Source of the DNA: Lama glama
Lineage: Eukaryota
DNA: 64,000 bases
Direction of reading: 5' to 3'
NCBI GenBank assembly: GCA_028534125.1
Contig: CM052816.1
Span: forward strand, 1,860,001 to 1,924,000
Positions 1-12,207 of this stretch are shown here, piece after piece; position 1 is the stretch's first letter; each line of letters opens with the position of its first letter. The translations under genes and the position numbers were made by a program. Below the pieces are notes generated by a model, which ran no database searches, was not told the origin of the DNA, and worked only from the letters and a program-made list of their open reading frames with translations.

Positions 1-562
1 GGCAAAAGGAAGTGGGGGTTATTAGAAATTATTCATATAAAGGTTGAACAACCGAATCAGTGCATAAAGGTGGATCTCAGAGAGCTCTGGAACCAGAAAC
101 TTAAATGCCTCCAAGACTCTTCTGTGCATCTCATTTCTGTTTCATTCTGTGGGTCCACTTTATTCTTTCCTGAAACAGATCAGCCAAGAACATGGCTACC
201 CAGAGCTCCAATGTCTCAAATCTCACAGTGCACAAACCCAGAGAGGGACCGAGACTGACTTTCCCTGGTCCCAAACGCAAAAAAAAAAAAAAAAAAAATC
301 CTACAAACGGATCTAACTGACTACTTTGGGGGCAGCTTCCTGTCACTGAATTCATCAACTGCGGCTGTAAATTTGGGGACTGGGACTGGCCCGGATTAGA
401 TCCAGTGCTTATCTTTGAGCCGTTGAACAGCATCGAGGAGATTTTTTAAAAGACGGTAGCTGTTACTCAAGTCACATCTTTAAAATTAGTCTAGAGAAAG
501 AAGAGAAGATGGAGAAAGAGTGACTATTATGGGCAGAAGAAAACAGTAGAAAATCACTATAG

Positions 563-743
563 TGGGAGAGTATAGCTCAGGGTAGAGTGCGTGTCTAGCA
601 TGCACGAGGTCCTAGATTCAAACCCCAGCACCTCCATTAAAAATAAGTAAGTAAAAGAAAAGAAGGAAAAATCCCCCCCCCCAAAAATAAAAATTTTGTT
701 TAAAAGAATATACTTGTAAATATTAAAAAAAAAAAAGAAAGAA
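563..743 (+). mobile_element. tRNA-derived SINE (camelid vic-1-like) with 16-bp target-site duplication (TSD)
   Basis: A box TAGCTCAGGGTAG, B box-like GATTCAAACC, A-rich tail; TSD TAGAAAATCACTATAG at 547-562 and 744-759. Confidence 0.85.
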
Positions 744-1359
744 TAGAAAATCACTATAGAATGCTTTAGGAAATCAGGATTATCAGACAAACACATGGTT
801 TTCAAGTGAACCAAGACTTCAAGACTCAAGTGCCACCGACTCCAAGAAGCCTCTCCTGATAATTATTGCCAGCTATGAAACTCTTCCCTCACTGGCCTCC
901 CCATTATGCTTGTGTGAAATATACCTTCTATATTCAATTATATTTAATTTCTCATTTGAGTATATACTACATTAAATTGCCTTCTAGCCAACTGCCTATT
1001 TTAAACTTTGTCTTCCCTGCTTGATTATTCCCTGATGATAGAAACTGGCTGTTTCTTGCTGGCGTAGTCATAACAATTGGGGTTTATTGTTGCTCCCAGG
1101 AAAGATGTGTGCTTTTTAACTGGGGTCTACCACACACAAAGTCTTAACCTAAAGCAGTAATTATAATGTTGGGGATGCTAAACACGTACAACAGGACGTC
1201 TCTGGCAGTCTAAACTAGAGTCCAAATGCTGTCAAATCAAATATAACCCCCACCCTATTACTGCATTTATCATCATCATCAGTTTTGGTTTTGTGATAAA
1301 ACTATGGCAGTTTACATCCAGGATGTACCATCTGCAGAGAGGGAGGGGTGAGCAGCTTT

Positions 1360-1593
1360 GCAGTATAGTTAAGATTATGGCCTCTGGAGCCAAGCAGACC
1401 TGAATTCGGTCTAAGTTCTGCCACTTCGTTGTGTGACTAGAATCAAATCACGTCACACCAGTTCCCTCACTAGAAAGTGTGGACAACAGTAATACCTACC
1501 TCAGGGAGCTGTTTTGAGGATTAAATGAGTTAAGATGTCTCAAGACCTTAGTATTGTACCCAGGACAAAGAAAGCACTCAATAAAAAGGTAGC
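1360..1593 (+). mobile_element. MIR SINE
   Basis: CTCTGGAGCCAAGCAGACCTG...AATACCTACCTCAGGGAGCTGTTTTGAGGATTAAATGAG...GCACTCAATAAA. Confidence 0.75.
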
Positions 1594-2557
1594 ATTTTGT
1601 TAAAGCACTAATTCAAATAACAGGTCCCAAGCCCCCATAAACACAATATTCATCAAGCCACATGACACAACTTTCAACTGGAGAATGCAAGAATTATACC
1701 TAAACTCTGTCGAAGGGGCTGCAGAATCCAATAGTATATTTAACTGTAGTCCTACATAAACTCTGTGAAATCTTCTGCTGATACATAGGATGGCAATTGT
1801 CTTATAAAATTTTATCAACTTCATTAAAGTTGTTGACTTAAGCCTTCCTACTAAGTCCCACACACAGACACATGTAACACAACTTCCCCGCCCCCATCCC
1901 TTGGAGAGTAACATGGGCTCACAGCAGACTTTAAATAGATAAGAAACTGACCTTTCCTGGGCTATGGTACTGAAATTTTGAGTTTGGTTTCTTTCTTATT
2001 AGCCTAACATGACTAATAAAAGATTTCTTAATTTTTTTCCCCAGTGACACTTAACACTGACCTTCCAGAACTTCCTCTCCGCATGCTTCTGATCTGCATT
2101 TGCTGCCTTCGCCATCAAAACACCAAAATTCTTCTCCTAAATCCCATGCTTTCAGTGACAGTGAATTCTATGTGAATTCCTGCTGACACATCAATGGCTA
2201 CAGAAGTGTGAAAATGTTATCATTTCCAGGAAATATAATTTAGCTAGAGCCAAATGCAACAAAATGTCTTACCCAAAAGGAGTCAATTTTTAACACCATG
2301 GAAGTTCAAAGAGAAAGAAATTTGGGTCATGTAAGACATTTTCTGACAATCACATTAAGCATGTCTCATTACAATTTTATACTTCATGAAGAACTTTTAT
2401 ATTCAGTATTTCAGAGGCAACATTAATATCCCCATTATACAAATAAAGGAACTGGGGCTAAGAAAATTTCATCTCACTGCTCAAATTCATATGGCCAATG
2501 GATGATAGATTCAGAAACATTTAATCCAAATCTTCTGGCTCCAAGCACAGATCTATC

Positions 2558-2700
2558 CATTCAATAAATAATCGTATATTACCTACTACATTCCAGACCC
2601 TGTTCTAGACTTGGGAGATATAGCAGTAAATAAAACAGGGGGTAAAAAATCCTTGCTCTCATGGAGTTTACATTTTAGAGAGAGGAGATGGGGAGAGCCA
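2558..2700 (-). mobile_element. L2 3' end fragment
   Basis: CATTCAATAAAT...ACCTACTAC...CCAGACCCTGTTCTAG...CTTGCTCTCATGGAGTTTACATT. Confidence 0.65.
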
Positions 2701-5700
2701 AACAATAAATGGGCACTCACCAACTGGTTTGGGGGCCACCTTAGCCTTGATGTCAAAAACTGAGAAAGGTATTCTGAGGAAGGAAATTTACAGACTAATC
2801 TCACTCATGAACGTGGCTACATTAAAGCCAGCAATATATAAAGGACAATAGACCAACTAGAGTTTATTAAAGGAACATAAGGTTGAGTTAACATTTATAA
2901 ATCTCTACATGTAATTCACCATATTAAAAGAGTAAGCAGAAAAATCACATTGTCTCAAGACAATGTGTGTTTAGACCACACCATGGTTTTTAGAAACTGA
3001 ATCTGAATATCTTCATTGTGAGACTGTGTTCTCCGCTTGGCCCTAGGCCTGACTGCTCCCAGTTCCCTTAGCAGAGCCTCGCATTTGGGTCACCTCTCTG
3101 GTACTGAAGGCATCTGTGTTTGGACCTTATCCTAAACTGGTCCAATCCCCTCACTTTCCTGCTGAAGAAATAGGGGCCAAAGGAAGAGAACATTCAGCTG
3201 GTAGGTGCAGAACCAGGACTATGATTTAGTCTGCAGAGAACCAGGCCAGCACCTCCTACACGCACAGCAACATCTGGAAGACCCCGAGTGAGAAGGTGGG
3301 AATTCACAATGTCCAGTTTCTTTGAGAACACGCAACCCTTGGAGGCCCTGGTGGGTTTCCCACTGGAGCAAGTCAGTCATTACTGGAGGTTATGATAACT
3401 TTAATGGAGACCAGTGGGTCATCCTGGTGGGGATAGAGAGAGAGAAAATGGTACCTGGAAATTAGTAGTTCCAAATAGCCTGGGCTAAGTTGCCCCAAAC
3501 CCAGTCCTGTGTAACTCTGCTCCTTGGCCCTCCTGGAAGCATTATGTTGTTTAGAAAACCAAACTTAACAAAGCTCAGTCATGTGATTCCCAGAGGAAAC
3601 CTACTGAGCAAAAGGTGAACTGGGATAATTATTTCCATTTTATTGCTGAAGAGGCTGGACATACGAGAAGTCAGAAGTTGCAGAGCGCAGCCAGGACCCG
3701 AAGATTTTCCCCAAAGTCACTCAGTGCGTATTTTTATTTTGCCATATCCAAATACCACCTTCACTATTCCCTTTTGGTTTTTTTTTAAACAAGTGCTTAC
3801 TAATTTTACTTAAGTCAGTTGAGATTGAGAAGAAATTTTACATCATTACCTTAGATAAAACATCAGTATCACTAACCATAAATAGATTAATAAATACAAT
3901 GTAAAATTCTAATTAGAAATTGTTGCCTGACAAGGCTTTTAAAAGTCCCAATGCCCAAGCCATACCCCAGACCTATTAAAACAGAATTCCTCAGGGGATG
4001 GGGAAGAGACCAGGCAAAGGTAATTTTTAAAGCTCTTTTCAGGAAATAGCAGGATGAGACCCTCTAGAATTGATGCTTTTGTCTTCCAAAACTTCTGCAC
4101 CGGAGGCCTACTCTGTTAAAAAGAGACACCGGCAGTGATGGAGAGGCATTAAAGACACGTTAGCCCCAAACAGACTTCCTCCACGACAGCAGAAGCAGAA
4201 CCTCAAAATGAAAAAAAGTTCTCATTTGTGATCAGTAACCCTACAGTCTAAAATCACCTCCCATGGCACTTGCCCTTTGGAAAACTCTGGACCAGAAGAC
4301 CCCAGGTGGTCTGGCTTCTATTTCTGTGCCCTTTCCACTCCCACAGCCCACTTCCCAGCCAAAGACTCCCCCGAGGTAGCTCTGGAGAACCCCTACTCAC
4401 CTCTGTGTATTCTCCAGCCGTGACTCCAAACGCCTGCACTTACATCACACTTTCAGGACCATATTTCTATTTCAAGATGAACCCACCCGGCGGTTCACAT
4501 TAGAACATCTGAAGGCAAAACTGCATTTCTGTCTTCTTTCATTTCCTCTCGAGAAGCCCCTCATTTTCATCCAGGACTGCCTGGCCCTGGAGATGGCTTA
4601 AGTCAGCTGCTCCCTTTTGGGTCTTAAAAGGAAGTTCAGCAGGGAAGGGAAGGCCAGGAGAGATGGTGCAGAAAGCCACAGGACCTAGAGAGGGGCTTCT
4701 TCTGGTCCCTTTCCCTTCCTCCCCTCCCCTCTGAGCACATGAAAGCACCCAGTGACAGCCTGTCTCCATCGAGGGAGGCGTCGAGAATGAAAGCTGGGCT
4801 TCTGAGTGGAGACTCCTGACCTCCAAGACATTTTTCCCTCTCCTGGCCTGGGCATCACCCCCAGAACGGGGTACCCACATGCACGGACTCAGGTCTGAAG
4901 AGCTCCCCTGGAAGCCAGCCTGGCCTCAAAAGGCAGGCAGCTTGGCTCACTAACCAGAAAGTTGAGCAAAGCTCTAATCTCCTCACTTCCTATATTTAAA
5001 AACTTGAATGCTGACCCACTGCCTACCACCAGACAGCCAGGACCTTTTACTGCCTCGTCAGCTGAACCCTTCTCTCCTATTTCCCCGAGAGCCTAAGTTC
5101 CAGCCTCCAGTTCTCCTCCTTATTCTCTGTCCCAAAGCTGCTGAGCTCCTGCTGTGCCCTTAGTCTGAGTCCTTCTGCTCCACCCTACCTGTCCAAAGCC
5201 TACCCATCCTCAAGGCTGATTGCAAATGTCACCTCCTCCACGAAGCCTGAGAGGATTTCTCCAGCCAAATAATCATGGTAAAAGAATCAATAACAAAAAA
5301 TTTTAATTAAAAAAGAATCAATAACAGTATAATACTAGCAATTAGCATATATTATATGACATATAGTATTAATATTATTTATTCATTTACCAAGAGCTTG
5401 CTCTGGACAGGAACTAAGTGCTCAAATGTACGATCCTGACCAAACCATACACTAGACAGTTTCTCATTATCCCTGCCCTACCGTCTTCTGTCTCTATGAC
5501 ATCGGCCAAGATGCTCTCTCTCCGTGCCTCGTTTTCCTCAGACATCAATGGGGATTTTAATGTATCTTCTTCATAAAGTTGTTGTAACAATAAAATAAGT
5601 TAACGCTCATAAAGCATGACACACAGTTTTTGCTCAGGAAGTAGCATTACTTCCCGTAAGAACATCACAACAAGTAAATAATGAGGTGTTGGTATTATTC

Positions 5701-6037
5701 TCATTTGACAGATAAGGAAGCCAAGGCACGGAGAGTGTGGGGTAAACGGCCCGCATTCAGGGAAGAACAAGAATTTTACTTCTCTCTGGTCCTAACTGGA
5801 CTTTACTCATAGTGCTCACCCATTCTTGTCAATTATGTGTGTATCTGCTGTCATCATTCTAGCTTCATTTTTTGGCTTTTCCTTTTGTAGATACTAAGCT
5901 CCAGGGCAGAACTAACTGATGTCTCCTGGATGCTCGGCCCCTGCATTTTCCTGCCTCACTCGCCCCACTCCCCTACTGTCCCTCTTCTCCGTCTACTGAG
6001 ATGGCCTCCTCTTCCTGTAACCTGCTCCGTCCTCCCC

Positions 6038-6074
6038 AGTGGGCGTGGTCTCTCCCAAGTGGGCGTGGTCTCTC
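6038..6074 (+). repeat. Tandem duplication, period 20 nt
   Basis: AGTGGGCGTGGTCTCTC at 6038-6054 and 6058-6074. Confidence 0.9.
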
Positions 6075-6610
6075 TGCCCCTTAAATTCCCCAGGCACTTC
6101 ATTTGGACTTTGAGCCCGTCTCTCATCCAGTCTTGTTTTCTAGCCATCTGATCACTTGGCGTATTTTCCCTGCTAAACTGTAAACTCCTTTTGAAAAGGG
6201 ATTCACTCTCAACCAAGCAATACACTAGGCAATAAAATGTGATGGATACATGAATGCATGAATGAATGAATGTTCAAATAAATGAATGCACTTGTTTCAG
6301 TGTTTCCTTGGAGAGGACCCCTGGCTTCCTGGATGTGTTTGGTATCTACATTGCATTGAAAGCATTTTGTCCTGAGCACTTTGAAGAGAAGGTAGCTGTT
6401 CATTCATCATTTTTTTTTAATGTGGAACCGAGGAGATATCAAGAGAAGTCATATTTGCTATGAGCCTTAGTATAGAATTCTGAGCTATATTATACCTTGG
6501 CATTTTTCATGCACCCTTTCCAGAGTTTACAGTCAGTCAGTACAGTCAAATGCAACCCACAGATACATTTCTTGTAGTGGTTAGAATATTTTTTAAAAAA
6601 TTGAATTTGA

Positions 6611-7390
6611 GGTATGGCCACTTTGGAAGGCAGTTTGATGGTTTCTTGCAAAACTAAACATACTCTTTTGCCATACAATCCAGCAATCATGTTCCTTGGT
6701 ATTTACTCAAAGGAGTTGAAAACTTATGTCTACACAAAAACCTGCACATGGTTTTTATAAAGTTTATAGCAACTTTATTCCTAATCACCCAAACTTAGAA
6801 GCAACCCAAATGTCTTTCAGTAGATGAATGGATAAACTGTCCATTTCGGACAATGGAATATTATTTAGCACTAAAAAGAAATGAATTATCAAGTCACAAA
6901 AAGATATAAAGGAACTTTAAGTGCATATTAGCAGCTGAAAGAAGCCAATCTGAAAAGGCTGCTTACTCTATGAGTTCAACCATATAACATTCTGGAAAAA
7001 ACAAAACTCTGGAGACAGTAAAAAGAGCAGTGATTTCCAGGAGCTGAGGAGGGAAGGAATGAATAGGCAGAGTGCAAAGAATTTTTCCCAGGACTGCCAA
7101 AATACCCCGTGACACCATAATGATAGATACGTGTCATTATACATCTATCCAAACCCACACAATGTGAAACACCAAGAGTGAACCCTAATGCAAATTATGA
7201 GCTCGGAGTGACAATGGCATGTCAATGTCGGGTCATCAGTTATAACAAAGGTACCACTCCAGTGGGGGATGTTGATAATGGGGGAGGCTGTGTATGTGTG
7301 GGGACAGGAGGCTTATGAGAAATCTCTGCAACTTCCCCTCAATTTTGCTATAAACCTTAAACTGCTCTAAAAGCTGAAGTCTTAATTTTG
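6611..7390 (+). mobile_element. Old L1 3' fragment (L1MC-like) with 15-bp TSD
   Basis: Decayed ORF2 C-terminus (CCATACAATCCAGCAATC...) and L1 3'UTR motifs; AAAAATTGAATTTGA at 6596-6610 and 7391-7405. Confidence 0.8.
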
Positions 7391-8689
7391 AAAAATTGAA
7401 TTTGAATGCATTTAGATGGGACAGGATTGCCCCTAATATTTTGATGTTTCCAGTGCCATCCAAAATCATGTACATGGCACCATTCACTTGTTTACCTTTC
7501 CTAACGCGCTCCTAAAAGCCTCAGATTTTGTCATCCTGCAAGTTTAAGGGGCCTCTGCTTCAAACCTCACTCCACAAAGTTCCAAGAGAAAAATGAGACT
7601 TATTCTCTTCATATACAATATTCAAGCGGATATAGAAGAAAAGAAGATAGGCGCATCTGGAACTGTAATTGATGACTATCTTGGTCTGTCAGTTTCATGA
7701 CCAAGTACCCTGAGAGCTCCTGTGGCTTTCCGAAATGCCTGAGTAGTCACTGGGAAATAGTTTCATAATTTACTCACTGACACCACTAATATTGTGTCCA
7801 ATACTGTTCTAAAGACTGAAAGACGTAGACGAGAAAGACAAAATGGGCATCTTGAGTCAAAGAAACTTACAATCTATTTATATAGTCCTGACGACAGGAG
7901 TCTCCAAAAAACCAAACCAAACCAAACCAAAACTTAACAGGACCTGAACGTCTGTTGTAAGCCAAGTTCTGTTCACAGAGCACGTGGGTCCTCAACAGGC
8001 GGCTGTTTCCTTCAATCTTCACAACAGCTCTTTGTGGCAGATACTAAAAAAGTCATCCCCATTTTAAATGAGGAAAGGACAGCACAGGAAGCTTGGGCAC
8101 CCTTCCAAATGCCATGCAAACAAGGCATGGTGGAGTCAGCATTTAAGGCTCTTAGAGACCATTACGTTTACCTATGCCCTATATTTCACCTCAAAAGGTA
8201 CCAGAAGTTTACTAAATGTCATACATAGTGAGGACCGCTGGCTGCAGTTCAGGCCATCCAAGTTTGAAAGGGTATATAGCAATTCCCCTTCTCCACTCCC
8301 AGCCCTTAATAAAGCCATGCTTTTTTTGCATAAATTAATCACTGGAACCACTCTCCAGGTGGCATACCACGACAAAAGTCAGTGCATCCAGGAGGGAACT
8401 CAGATGACCACACCTTGCAAAGAGAACTTGGACTGTTCAACATGATGACTTCAAGCACAAAATTTCCAAGGCTAGGACTTCCCCCAGGGAAGTACTTCTC
8501 TCTGGTCATCTAACAGACAGAAGAAGAGCGCCTAACCCAACCTAAGAGCTCTTCTTCATTCATGCCTTGAGTTGACCAATGAGGACTCATCCTACCCCTG
8601 AGTGATACTGTGGATTCTCCGGCTGATTTCCTGGGTCAAGCCATCACAAGGGTGATGAAAGAATCTCTCTCGGTTGCCGTGGGAACTGG

Positions 8690-8770
8690 TTTCATCAGTG
8701 TCCCAGCCAACCTGGAAAATTTGCATATATGATGTCACACAGAAAGAGAAAGTTAAGTTGCCCTAAAGTC
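8690..8770. promoter_or_regulatory. Putative IL12B distal enhancer (octamer / ATF-C/EBP / ISRE cluster)
   Basis: ATTTGCAT (8719-8726), TGATGTCA (8730-8737) and GAAAGAGAAAGT (8742-8753) within 35 bp, about 9.1 kb upstream of the TSS. Confidence 0.6.
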
Positions 8771-9419
8771 AACTGGTTCTACTGACTACTGTTCTTTAAG
8801 ACAACGTGGTACTTTTAGTGCATCAAGGTTGTGGAGCATTCCAAAGACACGTCTACTCATCTGCTCACTAATCCTCACACTTTCTCTCACTCAGCAAGAA
8901 TGCCACCCAGCTAAGGAAACAGATGAGAGCAACCAAAGGAATGTGCTGATGCAGACGGGTGTTGAATTTCTACTCTGCGTGTTTCATAGCTGCCTTCTGG
9001 CAGGATGTTCCTGATTATAAGGGGCAACGCCCCAAGGCTTGGCCAGTTTACCTGCAGGTTCTGACAACAACCAACTCTTCAGAATCTCGGCCATTCATTG
9101 CTTCATCAGGGGAGTCCAAGTCACACATTCATTTCCTCTTTGTTCAATAGCACATGCTTTTATGCTGTTGCTGAAGATTTATACATGTTTCTCACCTTCT
9201 CCTGCCTCTCCTCTATCCAAAGTAGCCAGGCTGGGATAGCAGTCTGGGGCCACTCCTATTGATTTATGGGCAAATAGGATACAATTTCCAGAGAAGCTGG
9301 CAATTTTCCTTCTTGGAATCTTCACACATAATGTTACTAATGTGCTCAAATATAGCTTTGAGAAAGGACTCAGTGGCAAAGGAATTTCTTGGTTCCATTG
9401 TCTGAAAGTAATGTGTCTA

Positions 9420-9990
9420 CTTCTGTGGTCCCAAAGCTGTATACTAAATCACCCCAGAGCACCATCTAAATTCACAGAAGTGCCATGAGATACTTGAAAT
9501 TCCCCAAGGGAAACATGAAATACTCAACACCTGTTGGTCACTGCACCAACTCAGGACTGTTTAGTGTCAACATCAGATCATGCTGCATTCCTCTCAATGA
9601 TGGCATAGCTTTGTGAAATCATGCTTTCTGCAGTAACTGTGATAAAATGCAAGCACCATGAGGAAATCTGTGGAACAGGAAGTGAAGGTGGCAGTGTCCA
9701 GTCTGATTCTAAAGTCTGAGTGGTTGCCCAACAGGCACACGCATCCCATTAGTATTGGGTAATTTAAGAATGCAATAAAATATTATTTTTTTCTTTCGAT
9801 TTATGTGTATTATTTTTTCAAACGCCTGCTAAAAAACTGTTAGGACCGAAACACGTTAAGTTGTTTAGATGTGACTACTTAATAAATGGAACCATTATGT
9901 ATTTCTTTTGGCCTAAGGGCACCATGAAAAAGATCACTGGGGTATTAGGACTCCATACACTGAGATGGTTTAGAAACTTTTGGTCTGGTC
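9420..9990. mobile_element. Probable hAT-Charlie-type DNA transposon relic
   Basis: Degenerate termini (GTGGTCCCAAAG.../...GTTTAGAAACTTTTG) and internal motifs reminiscent of Charlie elements; family uncertain. Confidence 0.4.
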
Positions 9991-11629
9991 AGTAACACTT
10001 TGCAGCAATCAGGGACCTCATTTGTACGTGATCTAGGTTTGGGTGTTGTGGCTGCCTCAGCTCAGTGACTTTTCCACCATCTGGGGCCCAAGGTGCCCAG
10101 TACGCAAGGCCTTTCTCACACAGCATCCAGCCCGCCCAGGGCCCATCTCAGCCTCGCCGGGCATCTCTCCTCTCTGTCCTCCACGCTCTGCTCACACTGG
10201 GCTCCTTTCAGTTGCTCAAACACACCAAGCCTTTTCCCATGACGCGGACTTCTCGCTGGCTCTTATCCTGGTTCACTTTTCTGTCCCATCTTAAATGCCA
10301 CCTTATCAGAAAGGCCTCCCCTGACCTACTGCAGTGATGTCTCCCTGTTACTGTCTCACCCACCGTTCATCTCCTTCGTAGGACCTTGTCCTCTGCACAT
10401 ATGTATCTACCTCCATGGGGGCAGAGTCTCTGTTCCGCTCACAGCTGCGTCCACAGAACGCAGCACAGTGACTTGGCACAGAATTGTCATTCAGTAAAAT
10501 CACTATGAGGTAAACATACGCCAGTATTTTGACTGTGGCCCTATAAGGCCAAAGCATTCAGAAGGCTTTTCTGGCGAACAGTCCTTTACAGAAAAATGGA
10601 GACCAGTTGTATCACTAGCCCTGGGCAGAGGTGGTCCAGGGAATTGTTTGAGATCGTGAATCCCAGCTCTGCCTCCTCCTTGCTGGCAGACACGAGGCGA
10701 GTTACCTAGTCTGTGTTCTTCTCTGTAAAAAGGTTGTTGCAAGGACTAGCTGGAAAGCTCTTAATTGGTGTCTGGCAAGAAACAAGTATTCTAAATAAAA
10801 GTTAGCTGCCATTATGAGGGCAGCATTCAAGGATTCCCCCACTGAGGCCCGCATATCATCCTTAGGGGAAATTTGTGTCTCAAAAACTGATGGGTCCAAG
10901 TGACTCTTGCTCGTTTTAGAATCCACCGGTCACTGCAAAAAGTGATACATGAGCAGTTAATCCCCAGATCCGTCCATGTTCCTGGCTCAACTCACGACTG
11001 GAACCAAAAAGAATCCGTATAGAACTCTGATTATCCAGTCGGATGACAAATGGAAAGTATTAGCTGGACTATTGCTGATTTGTCTGCACTTGGCTTGCAC
11101 CATGGCCCCAAGCATTCAGTGTTTGCTGGACCCTCCCAACCATTTGCTTGCTCCCTCTTCACCAGCCCTCTTCGTGTTCTAGGCTTAAAAGTAAGCCCAG
11201 GGCATCCTGGTGTCTGCCCAGGGGTACCTGAGGAGCTCACAGTCACAGAACAGGTGTGCGCCGTGGCCCCCCGTCCTTGCAGGGGGAGGAAACGTGCGTG
11301 CTGCCCTCATGCATTCACACTGGATCGCGGTTGCACTGTCTTCCCTGAGCCTTCTGCCCCCAGTCTCTCCTCGCCCGACCCTCATATCTGAATGCATCAT
11401 TCTCAGAAACCACTAGAATCATATCACTCTCCTCCTTAAGAGCTCTCGGCATCTCCCATACCACATGTGCCCACGTCTCAGGAAACCATTTATCCCGTCG
11501 GCCTCCTGCATACGTATGGCTTCGCTGACGATAACACCTTTCCTGCTCACCTGAGTTGCCCTCACTTAATAAACATAATATAGGGTGGCCTTTCTTGACA
11601 GAGGATACCAATGAACCCAAACACGTGAG

Positions 11630-11830
11630 TTTTGAGAATCCCAGCTCCTCCCCTTGCCTTAGCTACTTTTTCTGTGGCAAGTTAACTACATCTGTCTCAG
11701 TTTCCTCATCTGTAAAGTGGGCAGGACAGTACCTACCTCATAGTTTTGTTGTGAGTACCAGATAAGAAAACACACGTGAAACACTCAGCCTGGTACCTGG
11801 TAGAGAAGAGCACACTGAAAAAGTTAGCTG
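11630..11830 (+). mobile_element. MIR SINE
   Basis: MIR core TCTGTCTCAGTTTCCTCATCTGTAAAGTGGG...TACCTACCTCATAG. Confidence 0.75.
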
Positions 11831-12107
11831 TGATTGCTTGTTCTGTTTTCAGGTCTCACCTTACACATCACCTCTCCTGGGAAGTCTTCCCTGAGCACCA
11901 CCCCAAAGATGCACGTGCTTCTAAAGCACCCTGCCCCAGTCACCACAGTAAGACGCGGCACACCACAGCATCCTTGCCTCTTGGCTTTTTGGTTGCCTCC
12001 TAGGGTCCTGTGAGACATCACTGAGGAGGGGACATCGCAGCTGGCACAAAGTAGATGCCCAGTAAAAGTGCGGCCAAGTAAAAAGCAATTACTTAAATAA
12101 ACAACCA

Positions 12108-12207
12108 GATATTTCAGTAATTGTATTACTGAAAAACTGTGCTCTACACTGGAATTTGACACAACATTGTAAATGACTATAACTCAACTAAAAAAATGTT
12201 TAATAAA
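12108..12207 (+). mobile_element. Very short 5'-truncated young L1 3' end with 14-bp TSD
   Basis: CTACACTGGAATTTGACACAACATTGTAAATGACTATAACTC plus A tail; TSD TAAATAAACAACCA at 12094-12107 and 12208-12221. Confidence 0.8.

Noticed and set aside
563..640. tRNA-like sequence (also at 49431-49500)
   Set aside because: It has an A-rich tail, a TSD and a degenerate cloverleaf, so it is a SINE head and not a tRNA gene.
7180..7200. Perfect octamer ATGCAAAT
   Set aside because: Lies inside an old L1 3'UTR with no neighbouring motifs; probably a chance mutation.
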